A stretch of 64,000 bases of DNA from an uncultured delta proteobacterium. GTDB taxonomy: Bacteria > Desulfobacterota > Binatia > JACPRU01. The position numbers and the translations under genes are program-made. A model generated the notes under the pieces. The model saw nothing but the letters and a program-made list of their open reading frames with translations, had not been told where the DNA came from and made no database searches. Where the stretch lies: NCBI GenBank assembly GCA_963745025.1, contig CAVUWD010000016.1:384001-448000 (forward strand), given 5' to 3'. Below are positions 17,278 through 26,600 of this stretch, piece by piece (the stretch's first letter is position 1; the number at the start of each line of letters is the position of its first letter).

Positions 17278-20200
17278 CAGTCGTCTCCTTTGCCCGCGAT
17301 CTTCACCAGCTCTCCCGCGAGATAGCGCTTCATGAACTCACTCTCGTTGTCGGGCGTGTAGCCGGTCGTCGCCGGCGCCCAGATGCCCTTGCCGCCGAGG
17401 CCGCCGTCCTCGGCCTTGGTGACGCGCACCAGCGTCTCCTTCGGCACGGTGTTGACGGCGTGGTTGTCGGCCTCGCCGCCGAAGATGAAGCCCATCGTCG
17501 CCTTCGCCTTGTGGAAGAGCGTGTCGGTCTGGTGCATCGGCATGTGCCAGTTGCGCGTGATCGACTGCTGCGAGCCGTAGCGGAGGTTGGCCTGGTAGCC
17601 GGTGTTCGGCGGAGAGCGCGCGGCCGTCGGGCCGGGTCTCGTGCGCCTTGCACGCTCTTCTCGGTGGCGATGAACGGCGCGTGCTTCATCATCACGATGT
17701 TGTAGGGATAGGCGTGGTTGTACTTGACGCGCAGCATGCAGCGCGCCACCTGGTAGAACGGGTCGTCCGGCTTCGCGCCCGATGTAGGGCCGGTCGGCCG
17801 GGTTGGCGTCGACGTAGACGTAGTCGCCGTCGTTGATGCCCAGGTCGCGCGCCGCCTGCGGGTTCATGTGCAGCTGGTGCTCGCCGACGCACGGGCGCGC
17901 GCTTGTCCAGCCGGTAGGGGTCGCCGAAGTTCGAGTCGTAGAGCATGTGCCAGTCGACGTTGGACCAGCGACGAGTGCACGCGGTGCCGCGTCTTCGGCG
18001 TCAGGCAGTAGAACTGGAAGCCCTTCTCCCAGAGGAAGTTCTTCGTCGTCTTGCACCTGCGCCCACGGCATCTTGACGTTGCGGATCGGTGCGCTCGTCC
18101 CAGTGCTCGGCCGTCGCGCGAGATGCCGTAGTCGTCGGGCCGGACGAGCGGGTTCGTGCTGACGATCACGTTGGGCAGGTACGGCGTCGCCTCCGGCCCC
18201 TCGCGGTGGACGATGAAGTTCTCGCCGTACTCGATCGCCTCGGGCACGTCGGCGTAGGCGTGCAGCCGCCCGGTGTCGGTGTGGAACGGCTCGGTGTCGT
18301 GCACCTGCTCGTAGAACGGGATGCGCGGGTAGGTGCGGAAGTTCATCAGCGCGCCGCCCGGCGGGCCGTACTTGCCGGCCATGATGTCGTCGACCGTGTA
18401 GCCGCGCGGTCGTCGTGCGAGGTGTCGAGCAGGCGCTGCAGGTAGACGCTCGCGCTTGCCTTCGTAGCGTCGAACTTGAAGCAGTCGGCGAAGCGCTGGT
18501 CGCCGGTCACCTCGCGCCAGCGCCTCGGCGATGCCGGCCAGGATCGCCAGGTCGTCCTTGCTGTCGAAGACCGGCGGGATGCCGCCCTTCCAGATCTGCA
18601 GGAACGGGTTCGAGCAGCTCGCCGTCACCTCGAGGTCCTCGAACTCGAGCCACGAGTTGGCCGGCAGCGCGATGTCGGCGTACTCGATCGACGCGGTCAT
18701 CTCGATGTCGATCGAGACGATCATCTCGATGTTCGGGTTGACGTTCTTGATCATCTCGTAGGCCCACTTGGCGTTGTTGATCAGGTTCACGTTGGTGAAG
18801 ATCAGATCGCCTTGGTGGGCGTCGGCATGTGGCGTCTCGCCGGTGAAGTTCTTGCGGCCGTACTTCGGGCGTGTCGACGATCAGCGCGCTTGTCGCCGTG
18901 GTTCCAGTAGGCCGGCTCCTCGTCCTTGGTGTAGGCGTGGGCGTGGACGTCCTTGCCCGGCGCCGTTCGGGTCGAGCGTCGGCTGCGAACGGGTCTTCCG
19001 CCACCCAGCCCTTGAAGCCCGGGCCCGGTCCACGGCGAGCCCTGGAAGAGCGCGGCCTTGTAGTTGCCGGCCCAGGTGTGGCAGCCGGCGCCGCGGCTTG
19101 CCGATGTTGCCGGTCAGCATCAGCGGCAGGTAGGCGGCGCGGTTCATCTCGGTGGCGTGGAACCAGTGGTTGATGCCTTCGCCCTGGTGGATGGCGACCG
19201 GGCTTGATGCGTCGCGATGTCGTGCGGCGAGCTGCTCGATGAGCGTCTTGCGGCGCGCGCGTGATCTCGGCGACGGTGTCGAGGTCGTAGTCCTGCGAGG
19301 TGGATCTGGTAGAGCGTCCAGAGCGTGGCGCACCTCGACCGTCTTGCCGTCGGCGAGCTTCACCTTGAAGCGTGCCCTCGAGCGCCGGATCGATGCCGTC
19401 CTTCGCCATCGTCGTCGCCGACCTCGTCGCGGGTGATGGCGCGCGGGCGCCTTCGTCTTCGCGTCCCACACCACGTAGTCGCCGAGCTTGCGCGTGCTGC
19501 TCGCTCGGTGAGGCCCTGGATCTTCATGGACGGGCCCGTCGGGCGCGAGCGCCGTCTGGTAGCCGGGGAACACCTCGTGCGGCGCGCAGCCGCTGCAGCG
19601 TGTCGGTGCGGACGAGCAGCGGGAAGTCGGTGAAGCTGCTTGACGAAGGCCTCGTCGTAGCTGCTTCTTGTCGATCATCAGGCGCGTGATGCCGAGGAAC
19701 AGCGCCGCGTCGGTCTGCGGCCGGATGGGAATCCAGTAGTCGGCCTTGGTCGACGGCGGCCCGTATTCCGGCGCGATGACCACGATCTTGCCGCCGCGCT
19801 CCATGCGTCTCGATGAACCAGTGCGAGTCGGTCAGCTTGTTCTCGACCAGGTTCTTGCCGTCCATGATGATGAGCTTGCGAGAACCGCAGGTCGTTGAAG
19901 TCGCAGTCCGACGCCTGCAGCCCGTGCACCCACGGATGCCCGGGCGCCTGGTCGCCGTGCCAGGTGTAGTTCGACCAGTTGCGGCCGGCCGTGGCCTCGC
20001 TCCGGCTCGACGCCGCGGATCTTGGCGTCGAGCAGGGCCAGCGAGTTGTTGAGCCGGTACATGCCGTACTTGCCGATGACGCCGAGCAGGCCCATGCCGC
20101 CGCGCATCTTGAACGTGCGGGTGCCGGCGCCGCCCATGGCCTTGACCATCTCCGGCTGATAGCCCTGCGCGAGCAGCCGCTTCGCGCCGTCCTCGCCGCT

Positions 20201-20796
20201 GTAGCGCCGGGCGATGGCGTCGAGCGCGCGGGCGATGTACGTGAACGCGTCCTCCCACGAGATCTGGACGAACTCGTCCTCGCCGCGGCGCGTCGAAGTA
20301 GGTACTTCGTCTTGAGCTCCGGCGTCAGCTCGGGGAAGCCGGCGTCGGCCCAGGCCTTCCAGCCCTTGCGCACGATCGGGTGGCGCAGGCGGTACGGGCC
20401 GTAGAGCACGCGGTGGAAGGTGTAGCCCTTGGCGCACTGCCGCGGGTTCCAGTTGATGCGTCGCGTGGTTGCCGTAGAGGTCGGCGTACTTCTGGTAGTC
20501 GTAGGTGGCGCCGCGGCGGACGACGATGCCGTTGCGGACGTAGGCGCGCACGCGGCAGGCGTGCGTGTCGTTTGGCGAGCAGACCCAGTCGAAGGCGGAG
20601 TCGTAGCGGTACTGGTCGCGGTAGATCTTCTCCCAGTCGCGGGTCGGCGAGCCGGCGAGCGGGATTCTGGTCGGGATCGGCGGCGGCGAAGAGCTGAGCG
20701 GCAGCGCGCCTCGAGGCCGCGGCTGCGCCGGTGCCGATGCCGAGCCAGCGCAGGAAGTTGCGCCGGGTCAAATCCGAGAAGCGACGCGTCGTTCAT
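17274..20796 (-). CDS. nxrA: Periplasmic nitrite oxidoreductase/nitrate reductase alpha subunit, multiple apparent frameshifts
   Basis: Tat motif TRRNFL; FS0 motif CSPNDTHAC...NPRQCAKG; FKMRGGMGLLGVIGKYG; WSNYTWHGDQAPGHP; IVHREGPEATPYLPNVIVS; YGSQQSITR; NTVPKETLV. Confidence 0.9.
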
Positions 20797-20818
20797 GGCT
20801 TCGTCCTCGCCGTGTTCG

Positions 20819-22412
20819 TCAGTTCACTTGTCGATGCAGCAGCTCCTGCCAGATCGTCACCGACTTCTTGCCGTCGCGGTCGCCGGCGCTGCCGTTCCAC
20901 ACCGCGAAGGCGACCGGGCACGCGGTCGCCCGGCGCGAGCGTCACGCCGCCGGCCTCCTTGGCCGGCGAGCGGGCGCGCGTAAACTGCACGCGGTACGAG
21001 CCGTCGTCGTAGACGCCCTTGGCCGACGACCGACTGGTCGATCGTCGGACGCGCGCGCAGCGTGCCGAAGCCCTGCGCCGTCAGGTCCTCCGCCGCGCTT
21101 CGCCGCGTCGGGTCGGCGACGATGTTGCCGGCGCCCCAGGCGGTGACGAACGTCGGATCGGACTCGAGCGTCAGCGCGTGGCGCATGCGGCTGCTCGAGC
21201 GGCGACTTGAGGAGGTTCGGATACGAGTCGATGCCGAGGTTCGGGTAGATCTTCTCGAGGTCCTGGAAGGCCGGCTCGAGGTCGGCCTGCCGCTCCGACT
21301 TCCACATCCAGATGTTCGACGAGCTGCCCCCGGCTGTCCCATCGCGAAGAACGGCGGATCGGGCGTGAGCGCGAGAGCTCGACGGCGGCCGCGTCGCGGA
21401 AGTCCTGCGGCCGCATCGCCGTCTCGTCGTGCGTCGCGTCCTCCCACGACGAGCAGAAGCGCGATCTCCTTGCCGTCGTGGAGCGCGCGCACCGTCAGCT
21501 CCTCGGGCCGATCGGTGCGCCACCAGAGCGGCATCAGGTGGAGGTTCACGGCGGGCGTCGTCGCGCCAGATGCCGGCGTCGGGATGATCCGGCAGCGTCT
21601 CGGCACGCGGGTTGCCGACGATGCGTGAAGCGGCGCATCTCGGCACTGCGCCCGCTGCGCGTCGCTCGACAGCGATCGCACGAAGTGGACGAGGTGCCAG
21701 GCGTCGTCGCCGTGAGGTCCACTCGCTCTGCGGCATCGGCGATCCAGGCATTCCTGCGACGATGCGGCGGTAGAGACTCTCCGCAGCGTGGGCTTCCCTT
21801 GAAGACGCCGATCGTCAGGTCGCGCGGCCGGGTCGGCAGGCCCGTATCGAGTCGATCTGCATCTGCGACGCCGTCTCCCCGGGCGGTCGCGCCGTGACAG
21901 GAGGCGCAGCCCTCGCGGAAGAGCTGCGCGGCGCGCGCCTTTGCGGCCGCGTCATAGGGAGGCTCGGGCGGAACGGTGATGACGCCCGTGCCGACGTGCG
22001 CCGGCTTTCCGGGTCGTGAGGCAGGCTGGACTTGGAGCGGCGTCTCGACGAGCGACTTGACGTAGGCACGAGCGCCCACCGCGTGTCTTCCGAGCAGGTG
22101 CCCCCACGAGGGCATCGCCGAGCCCGGCATGCCGCGCGAGATCGTCTGAAAGAGATCGTCGTCGGTGGGCACGCCGTCCCAGGTCGAGACGAGGCGAAAT
22201 TTGCCGGCACGAAAGTTCCGCGGCCGCGGGTAGAGCAGGTACGACGCCTCACCGTCGCCGCGTCCCTCGATGCCGTGGCACGGCGAGCACTGCTTGGCGT
22301 AAACCTGCTTGCCGAGAGCGATCGCCTCGGGGGAAGTCGGCGCGCTTCCCGCGATGGCCAAGGTCGCCGAGAATAGGATCAGAATCGCGCAACGAACTGC
22401 TCCTTTGATCAC
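20819..22412 (-). CDS. Dihaem cytochrome c fused to an EbdC-like haem-b gamma domain (NxrC-like), frameshifted
   Basis: GGAGG RBS plus GTG 22412; signal peptide; CSPCH and CASCH; then VRALHDGKEI, FRDAAAV, PFFAMG, NIWMWK, AQGFGTL, VWNGSAGDRDGKKSVTIW. Confidence 0.75.
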
Positions 22413-22443
22413 GAGCACCTCCGACAAGTTCCGTCGCGAGGAA

Positions 22444-22459
22444 AGCAAGAACGGAACCA
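22444..22459 (-). promoter_or_regulatory. sigma54 promoter for the nxr operon
   Basis: TGGTTCCGTTCTTGCT on the minus strand. Confidence 0.65.
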
Positions 22460-22500
22460 TACGGGGAGGCGCAACCAAATTTGTGTTTCAAAAATATTGT

Positions 22501-22517
22501 TGTCTCCATTGGGTACA
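22501..22517. promoter_or_regulatory. Candidate activator binding site between divergent sigma54 promoters
   Basis: Imperfect palindrome TGTCTCCATTGGGTACA (TGT-N11-ACA) beside an AT-rich tract. Confidence 0.35.
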
Positions 22518-22566
22518 GTTCTGACTCGAACGGATTCAAAGAATCATTGGCCAGCTGAATGTCTGA

Positions 22567-22582
22567 TGGCATAAGCATTGCG
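22567..22582 (+). promoter_or_regulatory. sigma54 promoter for the DUF2249 unit
   Basis: TGGCATAAGCATTGCG, near consensus. Confidence 0.75.
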
Positions 22583-22617
22583 ACCAATCTGAATTCATCA
22601 CAATCAAGAAGTGAATT

Positions 22618-22812
22618 ATGAACGGCCACGTTCTCCGCCCGCGCATCGTGAGCGATCACGGCCCCAAGCCGCTCTACTACACGTTTCACGCGGAGCTGCC
22701 GGGACGGTTCTCCTGGACCTACCTCCAGCAGGGCCCTGAGATCTGGCGCGTACGGATCGGCAAGGCCGCTCCTTCGGCTCGCTCCGGGAGCGGCTCGGGA
22801 GCAGGATGTTGA
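22618..22812 (+). CDS. DUF2249-like small protein, apparently N-terminally truncated
   Basis: IVSDHGPKPLYYTFHAELPGRFSWTYLQQGPEIWRVRIGK matches the C-terminal two-thirds of DUF2249. Confidence 0.65.
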   Translation: MNGHVLRPRIVSDHGPKPLYYTFHAELPGRFSWTYLQQGPEIWRVRIGKAAPSARSGSGSGAGC

Positions 22813-23936
22813 AGCGCTCCCCGCTGCGATTCCCGGCCTTGGCCGCAGGCATGCTCTCGCTCCTCGTCGGTCTGTGGACCGGGCTCGAGCGGCTGGGCTG
22901 GCCGCTCCCCGAGCCGCGCGCCGGCTTCAGTGCCGTCCACGGGCCCCTCATGATCTCGGGCTTTCTCGGGATGGTGATCGCTCTGGAGCGCGCGGTGGCT
23001 TTCGGAAACACCTGGCCATTCGTCGCTCCCGCGTTCACGGCGCTAGGAGCGCTGGCGCTGATTCTCGGTCTGCCCGGGACTGCGCCGGCTCTTTTCATGC
23101 TGGCAGGAAGCCTCGGCCTCGCCGCGGTGCTCATCACGGTCCTTCGCGAGGAACGTCAGCCGGGCGCCGCTGTCATGGTCCTCGGAGCTCTCGCGTGGGT
23201 CGCTGGCAATTTGCTGTGGCTCCGCGGGTTCTTGGTGGCGAGGGTCGTCTCGTGGTGGATCGGCTTCCTCGTGTTGACGATCGCCGGCGAGCGTCTCGAG
23301 CTCAGTCGGGTGCTTCACCTCTCGCGCGCCCGTCGGCTCGCCTTCGGCGGGACCATCGCGCTCCTCTTGCTCGGGCTCTCGTCAGGCGGCCTCTTCTCCG
23401 CGGTTGGCGCTCGCCTGACAGGCATCGCCTGGCTGGGTCTCGCGCTCTGGCTCGCGGCGAACGACGCCGCGAGGCGCACCGTGCGGCTAGGCGGGCTCGC
23501 TCGCTTCAGCGCCGTTTGCCTTCTCTCCGGCTATGTCTGGCTCGGCGTCGCCGGCCTGCTCGCGATCCGCTGCGGCGCCGTCGTCGTCGGACCCCTCTAC
23601 GACGCCGTGCTCCACGCCGTCTTCGTGGGCTTCGTCTTCGCGATGATTTTCGGCCACGCGCCGATCATCTTTCCGGCGGTCCTCGGCGTGCCGATTCCGT
23701 TTCGCGCCGCGTTCTATGCCCACCTCGTGCTGCTTCACGCCTCTCTTGCGCTCCGTCTCGCGGGCGATCTCTCGGCTCTGACGGAGATCCGCGCGTGGGG
23801 CGGAGCCCTGAACGCGGCGAGCATCGTTCTCTTCCTGTTCAACACGGCGCGCGCGGCGCTCACGGCAGACCTCGGCAGACGAGTCGCCGCCGAGCGGGTG
23901 CTGGCGTCGCCTCCCACGCCGGGAGCTAGCGCATGA
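22806..23936 (+). CDS. Polytopic membrane protein (NnrS/haem-copper-oxidase-I-like)
   Basis: About 12 TM helices; HGPLMISGF..IALERA, LTIAGERLEL, YDAVLHAVFVGF..MIFGHAP. Confidence 0.7.
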   Translation: MLKRSPLRFPALAAGMLSLLVGLWTGLERLGWPLPEPRAGFSAVHGPLMISGFLGMVIALERAVAFGNTWPFVAPAFTALGALALILGLPGTAPALFMLAGSLGLAAVLITVLREERQPGAAVMVLGALAWVAGNLLWLRGFLVARVVSWWIGFLVLTIAGERLELSRVLHLSRARRLAFGGTIALLLLGLSSGGLFSAVGARLTGIAWLGLALWLAANDAARRTVRLGGLARFSAVCLLSGYVWLGVAGLLAIRCGAVVVGPLYDAVLHAVFVGFVFAMIFGHAPIIFPAVLGVPIPFRAAFYAHLVLLHASLALRLAGDLSALTEIRAWGGALNAASIVLFLFNTARAALTADLGRRVAAERVLASPPTPGASA

Positions 23937-24229
23937 CCGAGAGCGAGGTTTTCGACGCGCTGCGAGATGTCGTCGATCCGGAGCTCGGAATCAACGTCGT
24001 CGATCTCGGCCTCGTGTACGGTGTCGAGGTCGAGAAGAGCCGAGTGCGCGTCATCATGACGATGACCTCGCGTGCCTGCCCGCTCTCCCTCCATGTCGCG
24101 GAGATGGCCGAGACGGCGATCCGCTCTCGTGATCCCCGCCTCGAGGACGTCCGAGTCGACGTCGTCTGGGACCCGCCATGGCATCCGGAGCGCATTGCCG
24201 GGCCCGCTCGGCGTATACTTGGATGGTGA
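23933..24229 (+). CDS. DUF59/SufT metal-sulfur cluster assembly factor
   Basis: ALRDVVDPELGINVVDLGLVY...TMTSRACP...VVWDPPW. Confidence 0.9.
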   Translation: MTESEVFDALRDVVDPELGINVVDLGLVYGVEVEKSRVRVIMTMTSRACPLSLHVAEMAETAIRSRDPRLEDVRVDVVWDPPWHPERIAGPARRILGW

Positions 24230-24336
24230 GCCGAAGGGACCTTGGCACCGCTCCTTACGTAGAGGAGCTTGATGGGCGCCTGCCCCTATGCGACGCTCCC
24301 GGCGTGAAGCGCGACCCCGGCGGTAAAGGCTCTTCC

Positions 24337-25797
24337 GTGGTGACGCAGCCGATCTACTTTCATCTCCTCTTCGAGCACGAGCTCATCGAGTTGCGACCGA
24401 TCCTCGAGGCGCTCGGCCGGCGCCGGGATGAGGTGCTTCGGCATTGGTACCAGCTCTATCACCTCCACTTCGCCGAAAAGCGAACGCTATCCGAGCCCGA
24501 GTTCTTGCAAATCCACGGCCCGGACATCGACGCGACGAGCTGGAGGTTGATCGCTGGGGACTTCGACCGTTTCGTGACCGAGGTGCGCGCCGTCGGCGAG
24601 AAGCTTGCAGCCCGCGGCGTGCCGTTCGCCGAGGTCGTGGCGTCGATGCACTTCTTCGAGCAGGCGGCGAGCCAGGTGTTCGGCGTCGTCGGCGCAGTTG
24701 GCCCGAGCATCTACGTGTCGTTCGACAAGGTCAGCCACTGCCGGATGATCGTGCTGGCGGATGCCTATTTTCGAAGCAACCAGGCCGTGTCGGCCGCCCG
24801 CATCTACGAGCTCGAACGCGACGCAGCCGCGCTCGGCGACGTTGGCCGCAGACGCTTCCGGGGCCTCGTCGGTGCGAGCGTGTCGATGCATGAGCTCTAC
24901 GAGCGAATCGAGGCGGCGGCGGCGACGCGAGGGACGGTCTTGCTGGTCGGAGAGAGCGGCACCGGCAAGGAGCTGGTCGCCCGCGCGCTCCACGAGTGCG
25001 CCGCAGCTCCGCGCGCCGCGTTCGTCGCGCTCAACTGCGCCGCGATTCCCCGCGAGCTGATCGAGAGCGAGCTTTTCGGCTACAAGCGGGGTGCGTTCAG
25101 CGGCGCGGCGACGGAGTACCTCGGCCTGTTTCGCGCAGCCGAGGGAGGCACGATCTTTCTCGACGAGGTCACCGAGATGAGCCCGGAGACGCAGTCCAAG
25201 CTCTTGAGAGTCATTCAGGAGCGGACGGTGCGCCCCGTCGGCTCGACGACCGAGGTGGCCGTGAACGTCCGGCTGGTCGCTTCGACGAACCGAGATCCCG
25301 AGGAAGCGGTCAGCGGGGGAAAGTTGCGCCGTGATCTCTACTACCGCTTGCACGTGAACGTGCTGAAGGTGCCGCCGCTCCGCGAGCGACGCGACGACAT
25401 CCCGCTGCTCGTCGATCACTTCATCACCCTGTTCAACGAAAAACTGCGGCCCGCCGTTCCGGTGCTTGGAATCGACGGCGAAGCGCTCTCCGTGTTGCAA
25501 CACTATGACTGGCCGGGCAACGTTCGCGAGCTGCAGAACGTGATCGAGGCGGCGTTCACCTTCGGGCGCAGCGATACGATCCGATTGAGCCAGCTTCCCC
25601 GCGAGATCTCACGGGAGTCCGTGGCGCCACCTCCGCTCATGTCCGGGCTGCTCCCCACCTTCGCCGACGCGGAGCGCGAGCTCGTCCAGCGGGCGCTCGA
25701 CTCGACCTCGGGAAACAAGGTGCAGGCGGCGAGGCTGCTGCGCATCTCGCGAAAGAAGCTCTACGCCAAGATCGCCAAGTACGGTCTGCGGGAGTGA
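24337..25797 (+). CDS. sigma54-dependent activator (bEBP) with an N-terminal helical RsbRD_N/globin-like domain
   Basis: GESGTGKE, ESELFG, GAFSGA, FLDEV, WPGNVREL and a Fis HTH. Start uncertain (GTG 24337/24340). Confidence 0.9.
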   Translation: MVTQPIYFHLLFEHELIELRPILEALGRRRDEVLRHWYQLYHLHFAEKRTLSEPEFLQIHGPDIDATSWRLIAGDFDRFVTEVRAVGEKLAARGVPFAEVVASMHFFEQAASQVFGVVGAVGPSIYVSFDKVSHCRMIVLADAYFRSNQAVSAARIYELERDAAALGDVGRRRFRGLVGASVSMHELYERIEAAAATRGTVLLVGESGTGKELVARALHECAAAPRAAFVALNCAAIPRELIESELFGYKRGAFSGAATEYLGLFRAAEGGTIFLDEVTEMSPETQSKLLRVIQERTVRPVGSTTEVAVNVRLVASTNRDPEEAVSGGKLRRDLYYRLHVNVLKVPPLRERRDDIPLLVDHFITLFNEKLRPAVPVLGIDGEALSVLQHYDWPGNVRELQNVIEAAFTFGRSDTIRLSQLPREISRESVAPPPLMSGLLPTFADAERELVQRALDSTSGNKVQAARLLRISRKKLYAKIAKYGLRE

Positions 25798-25914
25798 CGA
25801 GCGCCACGCGGCGCTCGCCGAGCGCGGCCTCCTGGCCGCAACCGAAACGTCGCAGGGTGACGATGCGCCCGACCGCGTATCTTCGCGCGAAGGGCGATTC
25901 TCGACCCCAGTAGA

Positions 25915-26574
25915 TCAGGCACTCGTGACCAGCGGCCCCAGATAGACGACCTCTGCGCGGACGAGGTCATGGACCGCGCCGACCAAGGCGGGGAAGGGGG
26001 GAAGCGCCCGTTCCCGCAAGACCTTCGCGCGCAGGTGCGGCAGCCAGCGGCTCGGATGGCGCTCGAGGAAATCCTTCTGTGCTCTGCGATACGGGCTCGG
26101 ATCCAGCCCCCGCGTGAGCGCCGCGAGCTCCTTGAACGTGAGGTAGTGCAGGAACTCGAGCTGGACCGTCAGATGGTCGGGGAGCTCGCGCCTTTCGGGT
26201 GAGAGCGCGAGGCCGAAGTGCTCGTAGAAGCGAAGGAGGTCCTCCATCACCTGCATTCGGCCCCCGCCGCGATACTCGCCCTCGTAGAGAGTGCAAGGAG
26301 GGGGGCCTTTCGGCCCGACGTCGAAGAGGCGAATGTACTCTGCCTGGAAGTCCGTGTAACCGAAGGACGCAACCAGCGCGTCGCGGACCAGGACGAGGGA
26401 ATACGGCAGGGCCTCGGCAGCTCCCAGCAGCGCCTGACCATAGGCGCCGGCCTCGAGCTGCTCGTGCAACTCGGGGGTCGGGAACTGCAGGACCGCGGCG
26501 AGCAGGCTGTAGAGGCGACTTCGGCTTGCGGTCCGTATCGCCTCGGGGCTCTCCAAGGAGTCGAGCTGGATCAC
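25915..26574 (-). CDS. DMSO-reductase type II chaperone (EbdD-like)
   Basis: EYIRLFDVG..PPCTLYEGEY...ELPDHLTVQLEFLHYL...FLERH. Confidence 0.85.
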   Translation of the reverse strand: MIQLDSLESPEAIRTASRSRLYSLLAAVLQFPTPELHEQLEAGAYGQALLGAAEALPYSLVLVRDALVASFGYTDFQAEYIRLFDVGPKGPPPCTLYEGEYRGGGRMQVMEDLLRFYEHFGLALSPERRELPDHLTVQLEFLHYLTFKELAALTRGLDPSPYRRAQKDFLERHPSRWLPHLRAKVLRERALPPFPALVGAVHDLVRAEVVYLGPLVTSA

Positions 26575-26600
26575 GTGAGGTCTCCTCGCAGCGATCGCCT

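Noticed and set aside
15649-22412. Programmed frameshifting or true pseudogenisation of nxr
   Set aside because: The indels are scattered and not at recurrent slippery sites, while residues stay conserved. An artefact is more likely, though unproven without reads.
24243-24258. TGGCAC upstream of the bEBP gene as a sigma54 site
   Set aside because: There is no GC at the -12 position.
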